Source: the human T2T-CHM13v2.0 reference genome, Homo sapiens
NCBI RefSeq assembly: GCF_009914755.1
Contig: NC_060937.1
Strand: one strand, 5' to 3'
DNA: 64,000 nucleotides
Under the pieces are notes generated by a model, which was not told the origin of the DNA, searched no databases, and was given only the letters and a program-made list of their open reading frames with translations. Of the stretch, positions 40,261-54,860 are shown in pieces (positions within the stretch are counted from its first letter, which is position 1; every line of letters starts with the position of its first letter). The position numbers and the translations under genes were made by a program.

Positions 40261-40779
40261 GTCTACACCCAGAAAAATTTAAATCAGAGATAAATGAGTA
40301 GTTAAAAAAAAAAAAGGAAGTCTGGTTAAACACTTGTTAAGACGTAATAAGAGTAGCGAGGCAATAGAACCCACCCCATAGCAGGGAGAGCTGCCACAAG
40401 TTGAATATGTTTTATTGGAAGCTATTTGGGCTTCATGGAAATGATCATCCCACAGATTTTTTGTGTTTGAGTGTATATAAGCCCTTTTTGAAAAGTATAG
40501 AGCTTGAGGAGGATTCTTTTAAAGTTTATGAGGAAAAGCCAAAAAGTCCCTAAAAGGAAATTCTTATCTCTGACACAGTTATATAGAAATTTGGGGGGAA
40601 CCTAGAGGCTTCCAAAAGAAAGAGAAAACAGAACCAGTGAAAAGATGTGTCATGAGATTGTGCTATGTGTTGGGTGAAGGAACTACATAGAATCTGGATT
40701 TCTCCTAAGTATGAAGTAATTAGTTAAGGGGAAACAACTTGGATTAGGAAGAAATGTAATAAAAAGCCCAGTTCATCTT

Positions 40780-41070
40780 TCAGTTTTTGGTCTGGCATGT
40801 AAGGAGATTGGAAGTTATTCTGTCAACACAACATGAAAAAGCTCAACACACTTAAAATGAACAATGCTTTCTGATCCATCAGAAAATTGAGGTCACAGAC
40901 CAAACTGCTGCCTGCCACAAGTTGGAAAAACAGACAGATACAGAGAATCACAACTTACTAGAGCAAAATCCATAAACAGAAACCTTACTGATAATGGATA
41001 CCAACCTAAACTGTAATTAGCTAATTTCAGGAGGCTGAGTTTTGGCAATTTGAGAATTAAAAACTAATGG
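40780..41070 (+). mobile_element. L1M 5' region (continues 46360-47445)
   Basis: gatccatcagaaaattgaggtcacag...cagagaatcacaacttact. Confidence 0.65.
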
Positions 41071-41077
41071 ATTTTTC

Positions 41078-42966
41078 CTTTTTGATTAACATTGCTTTGG
41101 ATATTCAGGCACTTTTTTTGGTTCCATATGAATTTTAAATTTTCTATTTCTGTGAAAAATGACATTGGTAGTTTGATAGGAACAGCATTGAAGCTGTATA
41201 TTGCTTTGGGCAGTATGCCCATTTAAATGACATTGATTCTTTCTATCCACAAGCATGGAATGATTTTTCCATTTGATTTTGTCATCCATGATGTCTTTCC
41301 ACAGTGTTTTTTACTTTTCCTTATAGAGATTTTTTACCTTCTTGGTTAAATGTATTCCTAGATTTTTTGCATGTGTGTGTGTGTACCTATGGTAAATGGG
41401 ATTATGTTCTTGATTTTGATCTCAGCTTAAACGTTATTTGTATATAGAAATGCTTCTGATTTTTGCACACTGATTTTGTATCCTGAAACATTATTGAAGT
41501 CATTTGTCAGTGCTAGGAACCTTTTGGCAGAGTCTTTAGGGTATCTCAGGAATGAACTCAGTGAAGAGACTATTTCTTTTCCAATTTGGATGCCTTTTAT
41601 TATTTTCTCTTGCCTAATTGCTCCAGCTAGGACTTCCAGTACTATGTTGAATAGGAGTGGTGAGAGTGGGCATTCTAATGAACAAAGCTGGAGTCATCAC
41701 ATTACCCGATACCAAGCTATACTACAAGGTTAAAGTAATCAAAACAGCATGGTACTTGTACAAAAAACAGACACATAGACAAACTGAATAGAATAGAGAA
41801 CCCAGAAATAAAGCCACACGCCCGCCACCATCTAGTCTTTGACAAAGTCAACAAAAATAAGCAAGGGGGAAAATGACCCCCTATTCAGTAAGTGGTTGTG
41901 AGATAACTGGCTAGCCACCTGCAGAAGAAGGAAACTAGACTCCTACTTTTCACCATACTCAAAAATTAACCAAGATAGTTTAAAGACTTAAATGTAAGAT
42001 CTAAAACTATAAAAATCCAAGAAGAAAACCTAGGAAACACCGTTCTGGCTAAGTCCTCAAAGGCAATTGCAACAAAAACAAAAATTGACAAGTGGGATCT
42101 AATTAAATTAAAGAGCATCTGCACAGCAAAAGAAAGTATGAACAAACAGACAACATACAGAATGGAATAAATTATTCACAAACTATGAATCCAACAAAGG
42201 CCTAATATCCAGAGTCTATAAGGAGTTTAACAAGCAAGAAACAAATAGCCCCATTAAAAAGTGTGAGCAAAGGACACGAACAGATACTTCTCAAAAGAAA
42301 ACATACACATGGCCAACAAATGTATTAAAAAATGTTCAACATCACTGAACATTAGAGAAATGTGAATCAAAACTACAATGAGATATCATCTCACACCAGT
42401 CAGAATGGGTATTACTAAAAAATAGAAAAATATAGTATGTTGGCAAGACTGTAGAGAGAAGTGAGTGCTTACACACTGTTTGTGAGAATATAAATCACTT
42501 AAACCACTCTTTCAAGCAGTTGGAGAATCTCAAAGAACTTAAAATAGAACTACCATTTAATCCATTAAATCAATTACAGAATATAGACCTAAAGGAATAT
42601 AATTTGTTCTAACAAAAAGAGACATGCACTTATATGTTCATTGCAGCACTATTCACAATAGCAAAAGCAAGGAATCAACCTAGATGCTCACCAATGGTGA
42701 GTTGTATAGAGAAAATGTGGTTCTTATACACCAGGAGACACTACATAGCCATAAAAGAATAAAATCCTCTCCTTTGAAGCAACATGAATGCAGCTGGAGG
42801 CCTTTATCCTAAGCAAGCCACCACGGAAACAGAAAACCAAATATTGCATATTGTCACTTCTAACTGTGAGCTAAACTTTGAGAACACTAAAAATGGAAAA
42901 AATAGATACTGGGGACTACTAGAGGGCAAGAGAGAGGAGGTGAAGGTTGAAAAACTATCTATTGAG
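41078..42966 (+). mobile_element. L1PA15/16-L1PB-like element with 5' inversion (minus 41078-41675, plus 41677-42966; 3' end at 46197-46360)
   Basis: ORF2 sequence on both strands with contiguous L1 coordinates; 3' UTR split by a younger L1PA. Confidence 0.88.
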
Positions 42967-45900
42967 AAGGGAAGCCATGAGGGACTGTGCTATCCGGCCC
43001 AGATATTATGCTTTTCCCGAGGTTTTTGCAATCCACAGACCAGGAGATTCCGTCGTGTGCTGATACCGCCAGGGCCCTGGGTATCAAGCACAAAACTGAG
43101 CAGCTGTTTGGGCAGACACTAAACTAGTGGCAGTTTTTTGCTTGCTTGTTTGTTTGTTTTTGTTTTTGTTTTCATACTCCAGTGGCACCTGGAACCCCAG
43201 TGAGACAGAACCGTTCATTCCCCTGGAAAGGGGGCTGAAGCTAAGGAGCTAAGTGGTGTCACTCAGCAGGTCCCACTACCGTGGAGCCCAGCAAGCTAAG
43301 AATCACTGGCTTGAAATTCTCGCTGCCAGCAAAGCAGTCTGAAGTCAACCTGGGACGATTGAGCTTGGTTTGGGGAGGGCCATCTGCCATTACTGAGGCT
43401 TGAATAGGAGGTTTTTCCCTGACAGTACGAAGGAGGCCAGGAAGCTTCGACTGGGTAGAACTCACCACAGTGCGGCAAAGTGGCTGTGGCCAGACTGCCT
43501 CCCTAAATTCCTCCTCACTGTGAAGAGCATCTCTGAAAGAAATCCAGCAGCCCCAGTCAGGTGTTTATAGATAAAACTCCCATCACCCTAGGTCAGGGCA
43601 CCTGGGGGAAAGGGTGGCTGTGGACGCAGTTCAGTGGACTTAAATGTTCCTGTCTGCTGGCTCTGAAGAAAGCAGCAGATCCTGACAAAAAAGATTCTCC
43701 CAGCACAGCACTCAAGCTCTATCAAGGGATAGACTGCCAACCGAATCTAGCAGCACATCAAAAGAGTATCCACCACAATCAAGTCAGCTTTATCCCTAGG
43801 ATGCAAGGCTGGTTCAACATAGGCAAATCAATAAATGTAATCCATCATATAAACAGAACCAATGACAAAAACCACATGATTATCTCCATAGATGCAGAAA
43901 AGGCCTTTGATAAAATTCAATACCCCTTCATGCTAACATCTCTCAATAAACTAGGTATTCATGGAACATATCTCAAAATAATAAGAGCTATTTATAACAA
44001 ACCCATAGCCAATATCATACTGAATGGGCAAAAGCTAGAAGCATTCCCTTTGAAAACCAAGACAAGACAAGGATGCCTTCTCTCACCACTCTTATTCAAC
44101 ATAGTATTGGAATTTCTAGCCAGGGCAATCAGGCAAGAGAAACAAATAAAGTGTATTCAAATAGAATGAAAGGAAGTCAAATTGTCCCTGTTTGCAGATG
44201 ACCTTATTGTATATTTAGAAAACCCCATCGTCTCAGCCCAAAATCTCCTTAAGCTGATAAGCAACTTCAGCAGTCTCAGGATACAAAATCAATGTGCAAA
44301 AATGACAAGCATTCATATACACCAAAAACAGAGAAGCAGAGAGCCAAACCATGAGTGAACTCACATTCACAAATGCTACAAAGAGAAAAAAATACCTAGG
44401 AATACAACTTACAAGGGATGTGAAGGACCTCTTCAAGGAGAACTACAAACCACTGCTCAAGGAAATAAGAGAGACACAAACAAGTGAAAAAAAAATTCCA
44501 TGCTCATGATAGGAAGAATTAATATCATGAAAATGGCCATACTGCCCAAAGGAATGTGTAGATTCAATGCTATTCCCACCACGCTACCACTGACTTTCTT
44601 CACAGAACTAGAAAGTCAAATTTAACTACTTTAAATTTCATATGTAACAAAAAAAGAGCCCATATAGCCAAGACAATCCTAAGCAAAAAGAACAAAGCTG
44701 GAGGCATCACACTACCTGACTTCAGCCTATATTACAAAGCTACAGTAACCAAAACAGCATAGTACTGGTACCAAAACAGATATATAGACCAATGGAACAG
44801 AACAGAGGGCTCAGAAATAACACTATACATCTACAACCATCTAATCTTTGACAAAACTGACAAAAACAAGTAATGGGGAAAGGATTCCCTATCTAATAAA
44901 TGGTTCTGGGAAAACTGGCTAGCCATATGCAGAAAACAGAAACTGGACCCCTTCCTTACACCTTATACAGGAATTAATACTCAAGATGGATTAAAGATTT
45001 AAACATAAAATCTGAAATTATAAAAAACACTAGAAGAAAACCTAGGCAATACCATTCAAGACACAGGCATGGGCAAAGACTTCATGATTAAGACACCAAA
45101 ATCAATGGCAACAAAAGCCAAAATTGACAAATGGGATCTAATTAAACTAAAGACCTTCTGCTCAGCAATATAAAGTGTCATCAGAGTGAACAGGCAACCT
45201 ACAGAATGGGAGAAAATTTTTGCAATCTATCCACCTGACAAAGGGCTAATATCCAGAATCTACAAGGAACTTAAACAAATTTACAAGAAAAAAACAAACA
45301 ACTGCATCAAAAAGTGGGCAAAGGATATGAACAGACATTTCTCAAAGACATTTATGCGGCCAACAATCATATGAAAAAAGGCTCATCATCACTGGTCATT
45401 AGAGAAATGCAAATTAAAACCACAATGAGATACCATCTCACACCAGTTGGAATGGCAGTTATTAAAAAGTTAGGAAACAACAGATGCTGGAGAGGATGCG
45501 GAGAAGAAGGAATGCTTTTACACTGTTGGTGGGAATATAAATTAGTTCAACCATTGTGGAAGACAGTGTGGAAATGCCTCAAGGATTTAGAACCATAAAT
45601 ACTATTCGACCCAGCAATCCTATTACTAGGTATATATCCAAAGGATTATAAATCATTCTACAATAGAGACATATGCACACATATGTTTAATGCAGCACTA
45701 TTTACAATAGCAAAGACTTGGAACCAACTCAAATGCCCATCAATGATAGACCAGATAAAGAAAATATGGCACATATACACCATGGAATACTATGCAGCCA
45801 TAAAAAAGAATGAGTTCATGTCCTTTGCTGGGACATTGATGAAGTTGGAAACCATTATTCTCAGCAAACTAATACGGGAACAGAAAACCAAACACTGCAT

Positions 45901-46196
45901 GTTCTCACTCATAAGTGGGAGCTGAACGATGAGAACACGTGGACACAGGGAGGGGAACATCACACACCTGAGCCTGTTGGGAGGTGGGGGGCTAGGGGAG
46001 GGATAGCATTAAGAGAAATACCTAATGCATGTGGGGTTTAAAACCTAGATGATGGGTTGATAGGTGCAGCAAACGACCATGGCACATGTATACCTATGTA
46101 GCTGCACATTCTGCTCATGTATCACAGAACTTAAAGTAAATTTAAGTAAAAATAAGTAAGTAAGTAAGTAAATAAATAAATAAATAAATAAATAAT
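42967..46196 (+). mobile_element. L1PA8-like element: partial 5' UTR fused to ORF2 RT through to the 3' end
   Basis: 5' UTR gggaagccatgagggactg; RT translation [17 protein letters not shown]...[14 protein letters not shown]; TSD gaaaa(a)cta(t/c)ct(a/g)ttgag; (TAAG)n(TAAA)n tail; ORF2 has stops and frameshifts. Confidence 0.93.
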
Positions 46197-46360
46197 GAAA
46201 ACTACCTGTTGAGTACAATGTTCACTACCTGGGTTACAGGATCATTCATACCCCAAACCTCAGTTTCATGCAATATGCCCATGTGACAAACTTGCATAGA
46301 TACCCTCTGACCTAAAATAAAAAAGGAAATAAAAGAAATAAAATGAAATATAAAAGGAAA
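46197..46360 (+). mobile_element. 3' end of the host L1 from 41078-42966
   Basis: gagtacaatgttcactac...accccaaacctcag...ctaaaataaaaa. Confidence 0.85.
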
Positions 46361-47445
46361 TCTCCTGGGATTACAGACTTAAGGAACATTCAAATTATGG
46401 TAGGTTTTACCTGTAAGAACTTTATCAGGTTCTCACAATGAATATTGGAGAAAAATCCCCTTGTGCTTATAGTAGGAAGAGGGTAAAACAGCCATTTTAA
46501 AGGGTATGCCTAGAACATTCTGTTCTACTTGTATCCCTCAAGAAAACCTATTTCACCAGATCCTAACCTACTAGAATTTTACCAGAGTCCAACCTATCCT
46601 GGGCTCTCCAACACATTCCCCACTAGCCTTTTATATAGGGGAAGGGGAATACCCAACTTGAGCCTACTCTAGCCTTCCTGCCTCAACTAAGGGTGTGGAA
46701 GGACTTAAAAAGTACTTATGATGTTCACAGTCCAGGGGCAGTAGCTCCCTAAGACCTAATCATAAGATTATAGAACACCTTGCTTTCTCCTCAACTTACT
46801 ACCATAATAGTTCACCTGTTGTATAAATAATAACAGGGAAATATGACAGAAAAACCTGCAAATCTCAGACTTTACTTAATAAGTTTACAGAACATCAAAG
46901 ACAACAAGGGAAACAAAACCAAGGTCACCAGAGAAGATGTTAGCCTCTGAAACTTATAGCTACAGAAAATGGTAAGCACAGCCTAATCTCTACCCAGATA
47001 AACACAAACCTTCACTTTACCTCAGCTCCTTGTACCCAATAAAACATGTCCAGCTTTCAACCAAAAATTACAAGTCACACTAAAAGGCAAAAAACAAAAT
47101 TTGAACACCTACTGAGCAAACATCAGAACAAGACTCAGATGTGGCAGAGATTTTGGAATTGTCAGCCTAGAACTTTAAACAACTATAGGCTAAAAGCTCT
47201 AATGAAAAAAGCGGTCAACATGTAAGAATAAATGGGCAATGGTAGCAAGAAAACAGAAAATCCAAGAAAGAAACAAAAAAATGTTCGAAATGTAAAATCC
47301 TGTAACAAAAAGTGAAGGATTTACTTAATGGTCTCATCAACTGACTGAATACAGCTGCTTAGGAAAGAATCAGTGAGCTTGACTAAATGTCAATAAAAAC
47401 TTTAAAAATGGAAATGCAAATAAAAAAGAAATGAAAAAACGAGAA
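46360..47445 (+). mobile_element. L1M 5' UTR/ORF1 remnant
   Basis: catgtccagctttcaaccaaaaattacaag; catcagaacaagactcagatgtggcagagattttggaatt; similar to 62830-64000. Confidence 0.75.
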
Positions 47446-47449
47446 GCTG

Positions 47450-48050
47450 CAACGAGGGAAGTTATATGAGTAGCAAAAATTACGTAGGAGGAAATAGAGA
47501 AAAAGAATGCAGCAAAGCAGAATAATAAATATGGTTAGGATAGGAACTAGGTTGGGGAATCCTGGAGAGCTTTGTTTCAACATTTTGGGTAGAAGCTGAC
47601 TGCTTCATGTCAATTACTAAGACTAAATTTCTTGGTAAACCTATTTACTGATAGTACAATCTGCTTCTGGGAACTCTTGACAGAGCTTCAGTTGAAGGTG
47701 TCTAATTGGGGTAGCCATTTATTTAGAGTAGCTTTTGTGCCTTTTCCATTTAATTCAGGGTTTGGTTCTTAGAGTCTGGCAGCAGTAATAGTGGTAAGGC
47801 AGATGAGGTAAGGGCCTTTTTAGAGAGTTTTAAGATTAGTTTCCCAGTGATGTCACTTCCAGATAACCTAAGTCTCTAACACTGGTTGATTAAACAGCCT
47901 TGATCTGTTGATGATAAGTGCGGGTATAATTAATAAGTCTCTTGCAATATTTTAAGATGTCTGAATGGTTAGGTTAGAATCTATGAGAGCCCAAGCAAAA
48001 TAGGGAATTTTTCTGGGTTGGCCAGTTATCTTTTTATATGGGAACAGTTG
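47450..48050 (-). mobile_element. ERV1 internal remnant (integrase C-terminus and downstream)
   Basis: Minus strand gives degenerate PY..ITG.P and KGPY....TT.TAA.L gamma-type integrase motifs. Confidence 0.55.
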
Positions 48051-48054
48051 GTGT

Positions 48055-48685
48055 TACTCAGCACAGGACTGGAGGGCAAACAGGGCTGAGGGTTTATCAA
48101 GATCAAGAGGACCTTAATGCTTCCCAAAGCTTGGTTCAATATTGGAGAGGCTTCTCTCTGCCTCTAGGTCTCGGACCTCCTTCTGTTACTGAATTAAGAC
48201 AGCCTAACCGCAATGATCTTTCCTCCTGCTGCTCCTGTGAGATATAAAGGCATTTTCCAGCTCACATCCTAGGAATGCCTATCTCAAATACTTGGGAGCT
48301 ATCCTTTTGAAATGTAATAGTCGAGAAAGATAGAGCCTCTATCGCCAGGGCTCTGTAGTAGAAGTCTGACTTAATAGATTCCTAGCTTCAAACACTACCA
48401 CCACCTCCTTCCTCTCTTTCCCCTTCTAGTAGTCCTCTGTTGTCCCCATCTTTATGTCCACGTGTACTCAACGTTTAGCTCACACTTAGAAGTGAGAATA
48501 TGCAATATTTGTTTTTTTGTTCCAACATTAACTTGCTTAGGATAAAGGCTTCCAGCTGCACCCATGTTGCTTCAAAAGACAGGATTTTGCTCTTTTTATG
48601 GCCGTGTAGTATTCCATGGTATATACATGGAATGACACGTAGATACAAGGAAGTTTACTTTTCCTCTGGATAAGGCCAATTAGCA
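48055..48685 (+). mobile_element. MER34/MER39-like LTR fragment, interrupted by an L1 piece
   Basis: gggagctatccttttgaaatgtaat...aaagatagagcctctatc; caaggaagtttacttttcct. Confidence 0.55.
48400..48630 (-). mobile_element. L1PA16/L1PB-like 3' UTR fragment
   Basis: tttagctcacacttagaagtgagaatatgc...tagtattccatggtatatac. Confidence 0.8.
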
Positions 48686-48689
48686 TTTT

Positions 48690-49330
48690 TGGAAGACAAA
48701 ATTTCCAAGTTGCCAGGTTTGAACACTTGGCTATAGAGGATTATGTATTGTTGTAAAACAATACTTTGTTTTTTATTTAATCAAAGTGACAAAAAAATTA
48801 AAGTAAATATAAGACGTATATGATTGTAAAAATCCTTTAGTGCTTTTAAAAATGAGAAGACTTGGTTCTCTTAAATAACCAAAGATATGATAAAGTTAAT
48901 ATAAAGTACACAAAATTATTCTAATGACATAGAAACTTCTACTTAGAAACAGATCACTCAGAAGGTAAAGGAAAATCATTCATAACCTCTTATCAAAAGC
49001 AGACCAATAATCCAAGAAAATGTTATCATTTTAACAGAGAAAAACCAAATTCTATTTTTTATCAACATGCTATAAATACTAAGGCTTTAAAAAAAACCTT
49101 TTAAAATCTTATAAAGTCCGAATTGTACCCCCAACTCACCTGTCTTAACCACAATAAATAAAATTCCATGAACCTTCTACATGTTTTCATATCCATTCAA
49201 ATGTTATACTTCATTTTTCCCCTTTTTCTTTCTGAATCAAGTAGTTCTTTTAGCTCAGGACAGAATCACTGTTTTTTACTTAATAAAAACATATTTGGCA
49301 TACTTTGCATCCAAAGTTTCTTTCTTGTGC
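48690..49330 (-). mobile_element. MER4-group ERV1 internal remnant
   Basis: agaccaataatccaagaaaa...cattttaacagagaaaaaccaaattcta. Confidence 0.5.
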
Positions 49331-51610
49331 CATTAATCAAATTCTATGAAAGGCATCTGCTTGGGCTATAGTATTGTTACCTTTAATTGCACTAACATGA
49401 AATGGCAGATGTATTAAATATCTTGAAATAATTATATATCATCTGTTAGCACCTAGTGGAGTTGGGAGAGAAATTTTGCAACAGATTCTTTTGGCCACTT
49501 AGTTTTATTTGAAATTTCATGTGTAACATTGTCATTTTTTTGTATACCAGACTGGTAAATAAAGCTGATATTTTCTTTTTTAATAATTATTTAAGAAAAA
49601 AACTATTCCCTATGTTAATTTTGTATCAGTGACTTACTATCTTAACAAGACAAAACTGTTTAAAATTAAATATTTTTCAATGACATTTTCATTTAAAAAT
49701 TCAAACATTAATTATGACAGTATTTTATTCACCATATTTTTTACTTGGATTCTATTGCCATAATTTTTGGCAGTACGGAAGCTTTCAGGCATTGCTTAAT
49801 TATTGACACAGAACCCTTCATAAAAATTCATAAGAAATTTTATCAATTTTTGTTCTTTGCATGTTTAATAAGATAGTCAAATATAAGTGATTTCTGAAAA
49901 AATAGAATTGGTTGCATAAAGATTGAATTTAAAGGAAAATATATTTTATCATGAATTGCAAACATAATTAGGTAATAGAAATGTAAAAGTTAACATATGG
50001 CCTATTAAATATATTAAGAGATTTACTCTGTGATCATTTTGATTATATATTCTAACAAAGAAAACATCCCAAAACATACTTAAGATTTAAACCAATATCC
50101 TCTTAAAATAAAATAATTTTCACTCTTTCTAGCCATAGTTGCTCATCTGGGAAAAGGCATAAAAACTCATTAATCTTTTATGACATTCATTCTACTCTGA
50201 GCACTTCTATAAAAATTTAAACTTTTATGTTTATGGGATTCTAAGGTTTCAAGAAGATTTTCCTAAATATCACAAAAAGTGTTTTTTGCTTTGTTTGACT
50301 TTTATAAGTTTTAAGACTACCTGAACTATGTTAAAATAAATGACATGGGGTATGCTTTCTAGCCAGCATAATTCTTGTTAAGTAAAAATGAGTACTATTC
50401 ATATATATATATTCCATTTTGATGTAGCAATTTGGAAGATATTGCTCTCATGTTCAGCTTTATTATTATGATACACAGAACCCCATTAAATTTTAAACTT
50501 TCATTCTCTTTGAGTTCATTAAACCACATGCATATTCTGATAACCTCAGATTCATTGGTTTATCTCTGTGAGTCAAGCGGTGTTTTGTTTGTTTTTTGGC
50601 TTACATCCTTATCCCAGATTAAATTCATTTGAGGGCCACGTATGAATGATTAAAAAATAAACACTGAACATATTTTGCAACTTATTTCAGTATTAAAAAT
50701 TTTAGATAGGTGAAAAAGAAATTTGAAAGTGTAATTAGAGTTGTTGTAAATGATGTAACAACATAACTTTTGTTTGTTTTAAACTCTGCTTTACCTTCAC
50801 AAAAGTTATGAGTAAAATTATAATTGAAACATTATCTTTCCACATGTATTATCTGTAATTCTTCTGGTAAAGAATACCTTTTGTTCATTATCTGGGACTA
50901 TTTTGTCATCATCTTGTAGAATTCTTAGAAACACAAGATAAAGACGAAATACCTCCCCACCACTTCCCAGTATTAAGGAGTTGGTATAAAATCTACTTCC
51001 AATATTGGAAGGTGAGATTTTTCAATTTTTCTTTCTCCTTTTGTAGTATCATTGTAGATTCATGGATTTTTGTACATTTGATGTATTTCAAATGCTTACT
51101 TTTTTCAATATAAAATTTCCCCTAATTTGACCTTTGAGAGACATTTAAGCTTCTTCTTTTACTATGTTGAAAAGTGCACATTAGTTTTCCTTACTGGCAC
51201 AAGATATATATGTATCCATCTGCATATTTTCTGACTCAAATATAGATTCAGTAATCTCTGCAAGGAGCTTGGAACACATTAAATTTATGTCACATTGGGC
51301 ATGTAGTCAAAATACTGTATTATAAAACTACTTAAAATTATTCTTTTTTCATTACAGTTATAAAGCCAATTTAATGTAGTTAGTGTCATTTGTTTTAGTT
51401 TACTTTAAATTTTAATTATCACTTGTTGTATAGTGAATTTTATATTTGAATATAAAAACAACTTACAAGGTTTAGATGAAAATTCATGTAAGTGGTTATA
51501 CTACAAGTAGATTTTTTTGCAAGTCTTGTCTCCTACTTCATTTCTAAAACCTACTCCCCAAAATATCTGATTTTAATGGCTTCTCCTTTACTCTTCAAGT
51601 GATTTTTTTA

Positions 51611-51683
51611 GATGAATGGTTGGATAGATAAATGATAGATAGATAAAGATATAGAGAGATAGACAGATAGATGGATAGATAGA
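51611..51683. repeat. Imperfect (GATA)n tract
   Basis: Directly visible. Confidence 0.85.
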
Positions 51684-51714
51684 AACTGACATTATTTTAA
51701 CTTGGCGTATGCAT

Positions 51715-52479
<765 letters not shown>

Positions 52480-52508
<29 letters not shown>
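52480..52508. repeat. (CA)n microsatellite
   Basis: Directly visible. Confidence 0.95.
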
Positions 52509-52511
<3 letters not shown>

Positions 52512-53859
52512 TTTCTTAAAGCAAAGCTATAGAAAATATTTTCTATTTTGTTGTGCTTACTAACAATAAATTATTGATTTCATTTTATTTTCAAAATATA
52601 GAGTTATCTTTAATTCTGTATCTTTTAAATAGCTGCAGAGCAATGCACTTTGATGATATGGCATGTTTTAGTATCAGTGTTTTGTTTTTCTGTAGGCTGA
52701 TAACAATGGCACATTGTCAAACATATAGAAATTTGTAGATATTATAAATGAAATATTACCTAAAGGTAATAATAATTTGGATTTATATAATTATGCGTGA
52801 GATTAAATATGCTAATAGCTGCTTTCATTTATCTCTGAACTAATCTGTTCATAAATTTTGGTCAATTTTTATTGAGTTATTGGTCTTTTATGTTTTGATC
52901 CCTACAGGTATTATTTTTAGTGATATTAGTGAAAAACATTTACTAATTTTTCCTTTGCATTTTGAGTCTGATTGGAGTGTTGTTGCCATATCAGTACTTT
53001 TAGCCTTTATATGGAAAAGTTATAAATACTTTATTGACATTGAATTTCATTTAAACAAAATCTCTTTCTTTACTTTGTAATTTTTTTCCTTTGCAATTTC
53101 TTTTAAAATTTTTAACTAATATTCAATTGAAGATTACTTGATGGAATTTTTTAAAGCCAGTATCCTTTTTTCAACATTATTTTTAAATTCCACTTTGTTA
53201 CCTGATACTTTTAGATGCTTTTCATTAATATATAGAAAGTTTCTCTATATACTGGACTATTTTCTGATCCATTAGTGTGTATGCGCACAAACATACACAG
53301 TGTGCACACATATGTATGTCCATGTAGGCACACACATACATATTCATAAGCTAATGCCTCACTCTTTCACATAACTGTCTACTTTGGTGGATTTTCTGCT
53401 GTCAACTTTACACTAGAAACAATCCCTTATAATTTTGCTAACATGTTTATTAGAATCTTTTTGATGTTCCTCTTTTTGGTTTAGAGTTGTTAAATGAGAG
53501 GAACTCTGAATGAACTTTGGAAGGCCAAAGTTAAACGTGTTTATTCTTGAACTGATGTGGTGGCCAGATATAGCAGCTTCACAGACCTCTCCGTGTTGGT
53601 GACAATAAGATATGGCAGTTTCCAGAGTGTCTTTGACTTTCTCTGTGTGGTGACAGTTGCCACATGTGGATTCTAGTACTCACCCTTTGACCTCTGGCTT
53701 CTCTATCGACTCCAGTGATGCAAGCTGAATTTATCAGGTCTTCTTTTCTCCATATTCATTTATTCGGTTACGCTGACATTTCAGTCAGTTTTACTTTATG
53801 CATTAGACACCTTTATTTCTATTGTACATGTGGTGTATTGTAATATCATGTAATCCAAA

Positions 53860-54860
53860 TACTTTCTAGTATGCTTTAGTATCTCAAGAGGCTGACCCCC
53901 ACTCTATTGTTATTTTTCAGTTTTTTTTTTTTTGGCTACTCATAGCTATCACTTGTATATAAATTCTTTAGCTAACTTGGATAGCTTTAGAAAGAAATAA
54001 TTTGAGATTTTGTTCAGATTTAATTTAATGTATAAATTAATCTTGGAAAAAGAGACATCTCTATGTTGTTGCACCTGGTATGAATTTCCCATCATTCAAA
54101 TGTACTTTGGTGTGTCTCATAAGTACTTTAAAGTTTTAGGTGTGTAGACTTTGCACTTTCTACTTCATTTTATTGCTAAGACTTTCACATTTTGTTATGT
54201 GCCTTATTTTATGTCTTACCACATCATTTGTATACATGCATATGATTCATTTCTGTATGTAGATTTTACATCCTATTACCTTAATGAATGTTCTTATGGT
54301 ATTTAATATTTTACTTATTGATTTTGTCTTTTTTTTCCTGAACATTCTGTTTTGTCATAAGTGAACAGAGATAGTTCTGCCTCCTTTTCTAAGCCTTATT
54401 ACTCCAATAGCTGGTCTTAACTAAATGCATTGACTACTGCTTCAATATAGTACTTAATATTAAGAATCACAATTTATATGCTTTCTTTTCTTAAACACAG
54501 CAGAGAAAAATATATGACTCCATTGTTGAGATTTTGTTCTGTGGAATGTTAGAAAAATAATAATTTAATTCTGATTAACTGAGACATTTACTTAGAAAAG
54601 GATTGGAATCTTATAAAATTTTTTTTTCAGAGTTTGTTAATAGGTATATGCTATTCCTCCTCGGCTCTATTAATATAGTAAATATGATTTCCAATACTGA
54701 AACTTGCTTACATTATTGGAATTAGTCTCACTTGTGCAGTGGATATAGTCTACCAGTTATGAAGATATATATTTTAGCTAACATAGTTAAGAATTGAACT
54801 ATACATATGTGAGCCAAGTATTTATTATAATTTTTTTCTTATTGATTTGATTTTGAATTT
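53860..54860 (-). mobile_element. Very old L1 (L1ME-like) ORF2 remnant
   Basis: tgtataaattaatcttggaaaaagagacatc; gtgaacagagatagttctgcctcctttt. Confidence 0.6.

Noticed and set aside
43561-45925. RT-like ORFs as a functional retroelement or novel RT system
   Set aside because: Ordinary L1 ORF2 broken by stops and frameshifts; ORF1 and endonuclease are missing.
45978-46003. G-quadruplex-like G-runs, also at 62112-62133
   Set aside because: Standard polypurine tract of L1PA 3' UTRs.
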